This document shows positions 28,485 to 38,149 of a stretch of DNA of 64,000 bases, piece by piece. How positions within the stretch are numbered: position 1 is the first letter of the stretch; every line of letters starts with the position of its first letter. A program made the position numbers and the translations under genes. Location: contig CAYSUK010000005.1 of assembly GCA_964434265.1 (NCBI GenBank), forward strand, positions 12,914 through 76,913, read 5' to 3'. This DNA is from an uncultured Christensenella sp. (lineage in GTDB: Bacteria > Bacillota > Clostridia > Christensenellales > UBA1242). Under the pieces are notes generated by a model, which did not search any database, was not told where the DNA came from, and worked only from the letters and a program-made list of their open reading frames with translations.

Positions 28485-29360
28485 ATGAGCAAAAAGAGAT
28501 ATTTTATAAATCTTGCAATCATCGTGATATTTGCATCACTGACTGGTTTTTTTGCGGGCAACTACTATGTTAAAAACTACACAGGGGCTGTACTTGCGGT
28601 GACTGAGACTGAAGAACAAGTTCGTGGCAATGATGTGTCGGCCACTTTGAAAAAAGCAAAAGGCAAGACCCCTGCAAATCTTACAAGTGTCGAAAACTTT
28701 ATTTTGGCCGAGTATTATCTAAATCAAAAAGACTATATCTACAAAGAAGTAACGGGTAAAATTACAGCAGCGGGAGTTACACAAGGATTACATAGTTTTA
28801 AAGTATTAAAAGACGGCTATGTAATGAGTGAAAAAGTAAGTAGTAGTAAGTTTGTAAAAGTCGCTGACCGCACATTATATAAAGTAGGCGATGAGTCTGT
28901 AAATTATTATAAGGGAAGCAATATTACATCGTCTTACTCTGCGACATGGAAGACCGAACCAAGCAAGGTATGGACGCTTGACGAATATAAAGAGAAATAT
29001 GGCTCAAATCCGACCGCATTTATAGGTTATGTTATAGGAACAAAATCCACACTCGGTGCAAAGTCATCGACACCTAAAAAACTTGCAAATGGAAACTATG
29101 AATGCACTATTGTGACTGATACATATTTTTCGGTTATGAATTATATGTACGAGATTCGTACAACCAGTGGTAGCGACAATTTTCCACGTATGGATAGTTC
29201 GACTATCACATTTGAGATTACACCTGATTGGAATTTTGTACGTATAGACTACAAAGAATCGTACTCGGTGTCTATTGCAGTGCTAGGATACACAAAATGT
29301 TCAGGTGCACTTACTGAGACATTTAGTTATGACGGGACATGGAAAAACCCACTTATCTAA
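28485..29360 (+). CDS. N-terminally membrane-anchored extracytoplasmic protein (291 aa), function unknown
   Basis: An AAGGAG ribosome-binding site lies upstream. There is a single TM segment (FINLAIIVIFASLTGFFAG) and a beta-rich remainder. The ORF is tightly packed between the HTH gene and the giant gene. Confidence 0.7.
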   Translation: MSKKRYFINLAIIVIFASLTGFFAGNYYVKNYTGAVLAVTETEEQVRGNDVSATLKKAKGKTPANLTSVENFILAEYYLNQKDYIYKEVTGKITAAGVTQGLHSFKVLKDGYVMSEKVSSSKFVKVADRTLYKVGDESVNYYKGSNITSSYSATWKTEPSKVWTLDEYKEKYGSNPTAFIGYVIGTKSTLGAKSSTPKKLANGNYECTIVTDTYFSVMNYMYEIRTTSGSDNFPRMDSSTITFEITPDWNFVRIDYKESYSVSIAVLGYTKCSGALTETFSYDGTWKNPLI

Positions 29361-29378
29361 TAATATAAAGGAGCAACT

Positions 29379-32300
29379 ATGAAAAAGGAGAAAGTCAAAA
29401 AGACCAAACCTAAGAAAAAGTTTTCGCTATGGCGAATGCTTAGTTATGTAGGCTGTTATGTGTTTGTCACATTTGCAGTGGCTTTTGTTGTGGTGTCGGT
29501 AAATAGCTCGACATATTCTTTCACGCCTCCTTCACTTGACGACAATGAGACTGTGCAAAGTTCGCTTCTTGGAAATATGGTATCAAATATCATGACCGTC
29601 GAAGACATGACGACTTCGCTCGGACTTACTATTCAAAACGGCGACACAAACATAAATATCACAGGCGATGTCCAATTAAAAATATACGAAGAATTTTCCG
29701 GAGTCGAAGCAAAAGCAAATCTTTCTGTAGGTTATAATGGGACAGTTGTTGATGTGCAAGTAATGTATACTGACAAGTTGTACTTGACACTTGATAATCG
29801 TACATTTGTGCTTGATTTAAATGATGGATTTGAGGGTATTTTTGGAATACTAAATGTATTAGGTGTCGAATTAGACCTAAATCTTGACGACTTAATGGGC
29901 AGTCTTGATATGAGTATACTTGATACACTTGGCGACTATATTACTGAGTCAACTTTGGAAAATGGTTATGCACTTTCTATTGACTATAATGGGCTGTCAG
30001 CGACAGTTGTGCTTGATAGCGAATACAATATAGTTTCGGTGTCAGCACCATCGCTTAGTTTTGATGGCTGGGATATCTCACTAAATCTTGGAGTAGAGTC
30101 GCAAAACCAAGGGCTTGTATTTGACGAAGTAGTGGGTGACACAAGCCTTAGCCCAATTTTCAGACTTGTCGAGTGTGGGCTAAACACATTTAAAGGCATA
30201 AATTATACAATAAACACAAATATAAATTATGACAAATACAACTTCGGTTTTGACGCTGTTGTAGATGGCAGTGATGCAAAACTTCTTACAAATATCAGCG
30301 GACAAAACTTAGCATTCTATCTAAAAGATGGCATAGGATATGGTGATTTTGGTGCTATTAAAATCAAAGGCGGCATGGACGATATAAACAAAGTAATTGA
30401 TATCGTGACCGACCTTGTTCCTGATGATATGATTCCGGATTTTGATATTGATATGGACATGGATACTATTCTTGGTCTTGTGCAAAAGGCAATTTCGCAA
30501 AACTGGAACATAGTAGGTGATGAAGATGGTCTCGCATTTGAGTTTGATGGCAATATCCTAAACATAACTTATCAAAACGACAAAATATCTAATATAGAAT
30601 TTGATATATGTGGTGTTACGGGTAGTATTAGCCTTGCAGAAAATACAAACAGTATTGTTGTGCCTGAGCAAAAATATATGCAAGTGGGCGACCTTGCCGA
30701 CTTTATCCGTCCTGTATATAATATAGTTTGCCTTGACCGAATAAATGCAACAGCAGATATCATGCTTGATGGCAAAACTTACGACTTAAATATTATGTTT
30801 GATAAAGCAACAAATAGGGTAAGTGCTAATACAAACGTATATAATAAGGTTGTCAAATTTGATTATTTTGACCACACTTTGTATCTTCAAATCGACGACG
30901 TAAGAGTATGCACTCCTACAAGCGATGTGATGGGGCTAGTGGTTTATGTATTGCAAAACTACTGTGGTGATATTAGTGTTGATGACCTAAAATCAGCATT
31001 TGAAAACGAACTTACACTTGATGTAGAAGCAAATAAATATAGCTTTGCATTTGGTGGTGTAAACTTAGATTTTGAAATCACAAACGATGAGATAAGTGGT
31101 CTTTCAGTTGTTGTTGGGGATATATGTGCAGAGATGACTTTGACTTACAATGACATGACTCCACTTGTTGATATTGATGTAGATGCATATACTACACTTG
31201 ACGTAACAATGGAAAATCTCCAATATATATTTGGTCTTGTGAAAGAATATATTGAAGGTGGCGAATATAATTTTGATATTGACTTTGAGTACGGCGAGTA
31301 TGCACTTAGCGGATATATCGGTCTAAACAATAATGATTTGGCATGCGACCTTAATATATCGGCATTTGGATATGATGTTCGCATAATTGTGAGTGACAAA
31401 ATCGGTCGAGTATATATAAAAGACCTTGCAATATCTTGCGAGTATGACACTTTGGCTGGTTTGGTCGCATATGTATTTAAAACTTTGGATATAAACATAG
31501 ATGTTGATAAATATCTTGCAAATTTGCCAGAATTTGATGCACAAGCAATTGAAGACTTACTAAACAATGTGACTTTGTCATATACAAACAGTACTTTTGT
31601 AATCGGTTATGAAGATATCACACTAAATGTTAGACTTGGACTAAACACAATTAAAAATATCTTTATGACATATAAAGATTTTAGTGTAAATATCAAACCC
31701 ACATATGCAAAAAATGTTATTATTCCAAATGTAGAGTATATCTATATTGAAGATATTGTAGACATTTTAAATAGCGTAAAACCTATCATTCAAAACAAAT
31801 ATTTGACAGCAAATTTTGAAATAAATATAAATAATATTGAAGTGTCGGGTGTAATCAAGTTTGATTATACTGACATGCGATTGGAAGCTACAATACATGT
31901 ACTTGACCAAACAATAAATATCGATTATATCGACGGAAAAATATATATCGCATATGACGGAGTTAAACTGGCTTGCAAGACAGAAGATATACTTGACCTT
32001 ATTAAAGGATATATTGATATTGAAGACAAAATATCTGATTTAAAATCAGAAGATATTACTGCCGATGATATTCTTGACAAACTTGCACTACTAAGTATTA
32101 TCAAAACACAAAATGGTTTTGATATTACATACGACACTTATACATTCAAACTCACTCTTGCTGATGGTATACTAAGTGGTCTTACATATGGCGAAGATGT
32201 AAATATTACATTCGACCATAGTACTCCAGTATTTGAAAATATCGACACTAATGCATATCAATATGTAGACCTTACATACGCAAATGTAAGTAGTCTTGTC

Positions 32301-35300
32301 GAAAAAGTAAAAACATATATTGAAAGTGATGAGTACTATATCGACCTAAGCGCTTCGTACGGCGAGTATGGAGTAAATGGTTGGATAGGGCTAAAGAAAG
32401 GTCACATCGTGGGTCGACTTGAAAGCACAATCCTAAACAAACTACTTCAAATCGATATTGTAAAAGACGTCGTGTATATCGACTATGACGGACTAAAACT
32501 ACAATGTGCTTTGGCTGATTATTCAAAAATTGCTGAACTACTACAAAGCGAGTGGAATATCACAATCCCAGACTTAGACCTTGTAACTCCACTCACAATG
32601 TTATACACAGATACAAACATTACATTTGACGACATACAAAGTATCTTAAACAAACTTACTATATCGAATACAGGCATGACACTACATATCGAGTATGAAA
32701 GAGTAAGTGCAAGTATCGACCTTGCTAATTACAAAGTAAATAGCGTGGTTGTGCAATATGACGACCTTAGAGCTATATTAAAACCAACTACCGCTCACAC
32801 GAACAATATCTCTGGCGAGTATATTAAATTAGTTGATGTAATAGATTTAGTAGAAGTTGTGCTTCCTATTATTGAGAACAAACACCTCACAATGACAGTG
32901 TCGACAAACATAAAAGGTGTTGAGATTGGTGCAGTAGTTTCGCTTGATCATGCAAGCAAACAAGTAAATGTTGTACTTAATGTTTTGAATGAAACAATAA
33001 ATATTAGATATCAAAATGGCAATATATATATTGATTTTGATGGTGTCAAACTTGCTTGTTCGACAAGTGATATACTTGACCTTATCAAAGGATACATGCC
33101 TGATGCAGATATCGACGAAATGTTGTCGGGTAAAACAATTGAAGAGACAGTGAATGATGTTTTGGATATATTGAGAGAAATATCTCTTTCGGGTACATCA
33201 AATGGTTTTGAAATCGGTTATGCCGAACACTTATTTAATCTTGAAATAACAAACAATATTTTAACTAGCCTTACATATGGCGAAGATGTAAACATTACAT
33301 TTGATCATAGCGCTCCAGTGTTTGAAGAAATCGATACTAATGCATATCAATATGTAGACCTTACATATACAAATGTAAGTAGCCTTGTCGACCAAGTAAA
33401 AACATATATTGAGAGTGATGAGTACTATATCGACCTAAGTGCTTCGTACGGCGAGTATGGAGTAAATGGTTGGATAGGGCTAGAGAAAGGTCACATCGTG
33501 GGTCGACTTGAAAGCACAATCCTAAACAAACTACTTCAAATCGATATTGTAAAAGACGTCGTTTATATCGACTATGACGGACTAAAACTACAATGTGCTT
33601 TGGCAGATTATTCAAAAATTGCTGAACTACTACAAAGTGAATGGAATATCACAATCCCAGATTTAGACCTTGTAACTCCGCTCACAATGTTAGACACAGA
33701 TACAAACATCACACTTGACGATGTGCAAAGTATCTTAAACAAACTTACTATATCAAATACAGGTATGACACTACATGTTGAGTATGAAAGAGTGAGTGCA
33801 AGTATTGACCTTGCTAATTACAAAGTAAATAGCATAGTTGTACAATATGATGACCTTAGAGCGACACTAAAACCAACCACCGCACACACAAACAATATCT
33901 CTGGCGAGTATATTGACATTGGAAGTTTGACAAACGTGGCTAGAGCCATTAATAAATCAATGGCAAATATGACTATGAGTGGTGTGCTTACAGTGGATAT
34001 TGTGTTTGCAAATGAAGTAAATACTTTGAATATAAACTATGGCATTACATACAAAGACAAAGATTTGAGAGTGTATGGAAACTTCACATTCAAAGGACTA
34101 AATGTAAATTTGTATTATTTTGACCGCACAATATATCTTGACGTTGTAGGCATGAAAATTTATGCAAGCATTGACGACTATGAAGATATTATTGCATGGC
34201 TAAATAAGACATTCGAACTAAATATAGATATTGAAAAAATAAAAGACAGCACTGACCTATCGTTTGACGATATCAAACTTGATTTTGTCAAAGATTGGAC
34301 TATTACAGACGAATATATAAGTGCTGATGTGTTTGAAAATATTCACCTTGACGTGTACTATGGCGACACAATCGAGAAAGTTGTGTTTGAAGCGGGCGAT
34401 AAAGGTGCAACTATTGTTTGCACATCATTTGATGCACTTACATTTGATAGTATTGATAAGACACAATACAGCAAATATACTATTGTAACAAATACTATTG
34501 ATGATATCCTAAATACAATTAAGAAAAAGTCATTTGATATATCGGCGGTTGCAAGAGTATTTGAAAATGACCAAACTACATACAATGCGGCCGTGACTCT
34601 TGCATTTGACTTTGAAAATCACTTCAAAGCATATGGCGAAGCAAATGTAGTAGACTTACTCGATGAAAATGGCTCAGTTAACTTTGTCGCATCTTGGGAC
34701 AAATACAGCCTAGACGACAATCGCGACTATATATTCGTAAATTACAATGGCATGAAACTTCGCATGAATAGCGATGCGCTCAAAGAAGTGTTGGTACTTG
34801 GATTGCAAATACTAGGAGTTGACCCAAGCATACTAGGATTTTTGGAAGATGTCAGTGACGACTTTAAGGTTGATTCGTCAAATCTAAACAATATTATGCC
34901 AAATCTCGATATGGGAAATCCGCTTAATATGTTGAGATACATAAAATCGCTAAACCTTACAAACAGCCAATTTACACTTGTGCTTGATGGTTCGTTCTTT
35001 GGCGATGGTGTGGCCGATATGGAAATTGTGCTTCATACAAACAATGGCACAATCGTAGGGCTTGACCTAAACAATATATTTGTAGGCGGAACAGAAACAT
35101 TTAATCTTGCAATTTCGCTAAATCCATTTGAATCAGTGCCAGAAATACAAGACAAAGTAAACTACATGGATCTTAGCGGTGCAAGCCAACTTCTAAAAGC
35201 GGTTATAAACACATCTAGCAAAAAGAGTTATCACATCACAGGTGCGGTAAAACTAAATGCGGCAAATCTTATTAAAAAGACTGTCGGAGTAGACATGGGT

Positions 35301-37475
35301 GTGGTGATAGGTGACGACGGCAAAACAATTATAGATGTTACACTATCAAATTATCCACTTTATGTCGGTGTAAACACCGAGTACTCAAATTATAGTGCAC
35401 CTATAAATCGTATGCGAACTATCAATATGCGATTTAAAGATGGTTATGCATATCTAAGAATGTATGATGCAAAATATTTGAGTGCTGGGACATACGAACG
35501 TATAAGTAAAGTCCCTGTGAGTTATTTGATACAAAACCTAAGTTATTACATGCAATACATTTTGGGCTTTACAGACAATATTCAAGCCGCAATAGACGAA
35601 GCCATAACAGCAAGCCAAAACTACACTGGGGCTACTGATTATAGCAATATACTTCTTGACTACAATCAAACAGACAATAAGCATTCGCTCACACTAAATT
35701 TGCAAGAACTTGCACACAATGACCAACTTGATACTATGGAAGTTGGACTAACGACAGTAAATAGTAGAGAGACGGGCAGAAAAGACATGTTGTATCGACT
35801 TGACATGAATGTTATTATGCTTGGCGACTTGATTAAAATCACAACAGATGACGAAGCTAATCTCAAACTTGTCGACCTAAATTCTACATACGACATGACA
35901 GAAGCAAATGCGTTTATCCAAAACTATGAAAATAGCGGATACGTGACCTTTGGCGAGTATGTAAGCGAAGGTGGCAAAACATTTAGTAAGTCAAACGACA
36001 AAGATGTTACCATTACATTCTACGACCAAGACAACACGGCGACTACTGTAAGTGGCAAAGTCGGAAGTCTAATAAATTATCCAAGTGTGACTGAGACACT
36101 TGCAGATGGCAGAAAGTTTAAGGGTTGGTATTATTATGCAAATAGTGATAAGACCAAACTCAAAGAGTGGACGCATAGAAACATGCCATTAAATAGCATG
36201 GAACTATATGGCATATGGGAAAACACATATACAGTGACACTTATCGACAATGACCAAACATATATGACATACAATCTATTTAAAGGTGAAAAACTAAATT
36301 TACCAGATATAGAAAACCAATTTGTCGAGACTGACGGAGTGCGAAGCGGTAAAGAATTTGCCGGTTGGTACGACGGAATACTAAAACGTGATGAGTTGTC
36401 TATCAAAACCGACGTTACACTTAAAGCACATTGGGCTGATGCAACATATTATCAAATCACATATATCGACGGCGACCAAACCACATATAAGTGGGTAAAA
36501 GAAGGTAGCCAAGTCGAAGTAGGTTCGAAGTCAAACTATATCGGCACATACGATGACGCACAAGTTGTGTTTGACTGGCGTGGTTGGTATAATGGTGACA
36601 CACAAATTACAAGTTTTGTAGCAGAAGCACCTATGACCCTTGTCGGGAAGTGGGAGATATGCAGTATGGATATGGCTCGCACACTCACTATAAAAGACGG
36701 CGACCAAGTTCTAAGTAGCACACCACAACTTATCGATTACAATATTGTTGTGCCAGAAAATGATAAAATTACATATGACACATGGTATTATCTTGATGCT
36801 GACCTTACTGAAAGATACTATATCGAAACTATGCCAGACTATGACTTAACTTTGTATATCGCAAATGTTTATACTGTTAGTATCAAATATGTCGATAGTA
36901 TCACAAACGGCGAAATCCGAACAAAGACTGAGACTTATCAAGTAAGACAAGGAACAGTTCTTGCAGATGTTTTGCCAGACCCAAGCAGATTTAATACACA
37001 CGGCACAGACGGTCAAATTATAAATATCTACGACGACAATATCCATCAAATATCAAACACATTTGAAGAATACACAACAATGTATGACAAAATGCCAAAC
37101 TGTGATTTTGATACAGAAGAATTGTGGATACATACTGACAGATATTATTATGACATCGTATTTGATACAAATTGGAATTATGAGCCAAGAATAATTTGGC
37201 CAAGTAATGCAAGCAATTATGTGGATTATCCTTCATTTACTCCTGAAACTATGAGAATACTTGAAGGTGAGACATTAGATTTGTCAGGTAGTGAGTACAA
37301 ACCTTCATGTACAATGAAAGGATCGTTTAAAACATATGATTACTCATGTTCGGGCTGGTCAACCACTATTCCTGATGATGGTAGTAATGGTGGCGGAAGT
37401 ACTAGTTATACAGTAAATGCTAATGATGCTACAAATGGTGTAATTACACTTTATGTATGTTGGGAAAAACAATAA
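29379..37475 (+). CDS. giant (2698 aa) N-terminally membrane-anchored repeat protein with C-terminal Listeria-Bacteroides-type (Flg_new-like) repeats
   Basis: An uninterrupted 8.1-kb ORF with an AAGGAG ribosome-binding site. The N-terminus is basic and followed by a TM segment (YVGCYVFVTFAVAFVVVSV). About 2100 aa consist of degenerate ~180-aa modules with the recurring block xIYIDYDGxKLxC..D...L. The last ~500 aa carry roughly six repeats with GWY/W..W signatures (FKGWYYY...LYGIWE, FAGWYDG...LKAHW, WRGWYNG...LVGKWE, CSGWST...LYVCWE). Confidence 0.85.
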   Translation: MKKEKVKKTKPKKKFSLWRMLSYVGCYVFVTFAVAFVVVSVNSSTYSFTPPSLDDNETVQSSLLGNMVSNIMTVEDMTTSLGLTIQNGDTNINITGDVQLKIYEEFSGVEAKANLSVGYNGTVVDVQVMYTDKLYLTLDNRTFVLDLNDGFEGIFGILNVLGVELDLNLDDLMGSLDMSILDTLGDYITESTLENGYALSIDYNGLSATVVLDSEYNIVSVSAPSLSFDGWDISLNLGVESQNQGLVFDEVVGDTSLSPIFRLVECGLNTFKGINYTINTNINYDKYNFGFDAVVDGSDAKLLTNISGQNLAFYLKDGIGYGDFGAIKIKGGMDDINKVIDIVTDLVPDDMIPDFDIDMDMDTILGLVQKAISQNWNIVGDEDGLAFEFDGNILNITYQNDKISNIEFDICGVTGSISLAENTNSIVVPEQKYMQVGDLADFIRPVYNIVCLDRINATADIMLDGKTYDLNIMFDKATNRVSANTNVYNKVVKFDYFDHTLYLQIDDVRVCTPTSDVMGLVVYVLQNYCGDISVDDLKSAFENELTLDVEANKYSFAFGGVNLDFEITNDEISGLSVVVGDICAEMTLTYNDMTPLVDIDVDAYTTLDVTMENLQYIFGLVKEYIEGGEYNFDIDFEYGEYALSGYIGLNNNDLACDLNISAFGYDVRIIVSDKIGRVYIKDLAISCEYDTLAGLVAYVFKTLDINIDVDKYLANLPEFDAQAIEDLLNNVTLSYTNSTFVIGYEDITLNVRLGLNTIKNIFMTYKDFSVNIKPTYAKNVIIPNVEYIYIEDIVDILNSVKPIIQNKYLTANFEININNIEVSGVIKFDYTDMRLEATIHVLDQTINIDYIDGKIYIAYDGVKLACKTEDILDLIKGYIDIEDKISDLKSEDITADDILDKLALLSIIKTQNGFDITYDTYTFKLTLADGILSGLTYGEDVNITFDHSTPVFENIDTNAYQYVDLTYANVSSLVEKVKTYIESDEYYIDLSASYGEYGVNGWIGLKKGHIVGRLESTILNKLLQIDIVKDVVYIDYDGLKLQCALADYSKIAELLQSEWNITIPDLDLVTPLTMLYTDTNITFDDIQSILNKLTISNTGMTLHIEYERVSASIDLANYKVNSVVVQYDDLRAILKPTTAHTNNISGEYIKLVDVIDLVEVVLPIIENKHLTMTVSTNIKGVEIGAVVSLDHASKQVNVVLNVLNETINIRYQNGNIYIDFDGVKLACSTSDILDLIKGYMPDADIDEMLSGKTIEETVNDVLDILREISLSGTSNGFEIGYAEHLFNLEITNNILTSLTYGEDVNITFDHSAPVFEEIDTNAYQYVDLTYTNVSSLVDQVKTYIESDEYYIDLSASYGEYGVNGWIGLEKGHIVGRLESTILNKLLQIDIVKDVVYIDYDGLKLQCALADYSKIAELLQSEWNITIPDLDLVTPLTMLDTDTNITLDDVQSILNKLTISNTGMTLHVEYERVSASIDLANYKVNSIVVQYDDLRATLKPTTAHTNNISGEYIDIGSLTNVARAINKSMANMTMSGVLTVDIVFANEVNTLNINYGITYKDKDLRVYGNFTFKGLNVNLYYFDRTIYLDVVGMKIYASIDDYEDIIAWLNKTFELNIDIEKIKDSTDLSFDDIKLDFVKDWTITDEYISADVFENIHLDVYYGDTIEKVVFEAGDKGATIVCTSFDALTFDSIDKTQYSKYTIVTNTIDDILNTIKKKSFDISAVARVFENDQTTYNAAVTLAFDFENHFKAYGEANVVDLLDENGSVNFVASWDKYSLDDNRDYIFVNYNGMKLRMNSDALKEVLVLGLQILGVDPSILGFLEDVSDDFKVDSSNLNNIMPNLDMGNPLNMLRYIKSLNLTNSQFTLVLDGSFFGDGVADMEIVLHTNNGTIVGLDLNNIFVGGTETFNLAISLNPFESVPEIQDKVNYMDLSGASQLLKAVINTSSKKSYHITGAVKLNAANLIKKTVGVDMGVVIGDDGKTIIDVTLSNYPLYVGVNTEYSNYSAPINRMRTINMRFKDGYAYLRMYDAKYLSAGTYERISKVPVSYLIQNLSYYMQYILGFTDNIQAAIDEAITASQNYTGATDYSNILLDYNQTDNKHSLTLNLQELAHNDQLDTMEVGLTTVNSRETGRKDMLYRLDMNVIMLGDLIKITTDDEANLKLVDLNSTYDMTEANAFIQNYENSGYVTFGEYVSEGGKTFSKSNDKDVTITFYDQDNTATTVSGKVGSLINYPSVTETLADGRKFKGWYYYANSDKTKLKEWTHRNMPLNSMELYGIWENTYTVTLIDNDQTYMTYNLFKGEKLNLPDIENQFVETDGVRSGKEFAGWYDGILKRDELSIKTDVTLKAHWADATYYQITYIDGDQTTYKWVKEGSQVEVGSKSNYIGTYDDAQVVFDWRGWYNGDTQITSFVAEAPMTLVGKWEICSMDMARTLTIKDGDQVLSSTPQLIDYNIVVPENDKITYDTWYYLDADLTERYYIETMPDYDLTLYIANVYTVSIKYVDSITNGEIRTKTETYQVRQGTVLADVLPDPSRFNTHGTDGQIINIYDDNIHQISNTFEEYTTMYDKMPNCDFDTEELWIHTDRYYYDIVFDTNWNYEPRIIWPSNASNYVDYPSFTPETMRILEGETLDLSGSEYKPSCTMKGSFKTYDYSCSGWSTTIPDDGSNGGGSTSYTVNANDATNGVITLYVCWEKQ
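32181..33914 (+). repeat. 1089-bp-period tandem duplication inside the giant gene
   Basis: Segments 32181-32825 and 33270-33914 are near-identical, with about a dozen amino-acid differences over 215 residues. An older, diverged unit lies at about 31100-32180. The track's antisense ORFs 32272-32526 and 33361-33615 mirror each other at the same offset. Confidence 0.9.
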
Positions 37476-37543
37476 AATCTTGACTCTACACAAGTAACAC
37501 GCTTGTGTAGGGGACAAGAAATTATACAAAAGGAGAGAATATT

Positions 37544-38080
37544 ATGAAAGCAGAATATCGAAATGCACAAAGGTCGAAAGAACTCATAAAAGGTGCACTT
37601 ATCACGCTTATCGAGAAAAAGCAAAACGTATCTGATATTACAATTACCGAAATTGTAAATTTAGCAAACATAAATCGTGGGACATTTTATAATCATTACA
37701 ACAATATTATGGAAGTTTTTGACGAGATGAAAGCCGAAGTGATAGGACGTATGTCCGAAGCCCTGATGTCGTGCCATGTTGAAGAAGATATCGAGTCTTT
37801 TATGGATATTCTTGTCGAGCACTTTAAGAAAAACGAGAAAACTTACAAAAAGATAATCAAAGGTATCCCACGTGAAATTTTTGCCGACCTAAAACTTCAA
37901 TTTGTAAAACAAATTCAGCTCATAAACAACAATATTGACCCTGTTATGTTAAATTTTGCTGTAAATGGTCTTGCTGGATTGTATCTTGACTATCTAGATG
38001 GTCGAACAGAATTTTCCTTAGATAGGATAGGTCGCCGAACTACTGAGATTTTGAAAAAACTACTTTACACAAAAGAGTAG
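37544..38080 (+). CDS. TetR/AcrR-family transcriptional regulator
   Basis: N-terminal HTH ITITEIVNLANINRGTFYNHY. Size is ~178 aa, and an AAGGAG ribosome-binding site lies upstream. Confidence 0.85.
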   Translation: MKAEYRNAQRSKELIKGALITLIEKKQNVSDITITEIVNLANINRGTFYNHYNNIMEVFDEMKAEVIGRMSEALMSCHVEEDIESFMDILVEHFKKNEKTYKKIIKGIPREIFADLKLQFVKQIQLINNNIDPVMLNFAVNGLAGLYLDYLDGRTEFSLDRIGRRTTEILKKLLYTKE

Positions 38081-38105
38081 AAATTACTTAATAAGTATCA
38101 AACGA

Positions 38106-38141
38106 CAAAAAAAGATGTATCAAAATTGATACATCTTTTTT
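38106..38141. terminator. bidirectional terminator (TetR gene / cls)
   Basis: AAAAAAAGATGTATC / GATACATCTTTTTT. Confidence 0.75.
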
Positions 38142-38149
38142 AATTTGTA

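Noticed and set aside
32181-33914. The near-identical repeats in the giant gene could be a diversity-generating retroelement template/variable pair.
   Set aside because: There is no reverse transcriptase anywhere in the window. The differences between copies are not adenine-specific (both transitions and transversions at all bases). The copies are in-frame tandem units of the same gene.
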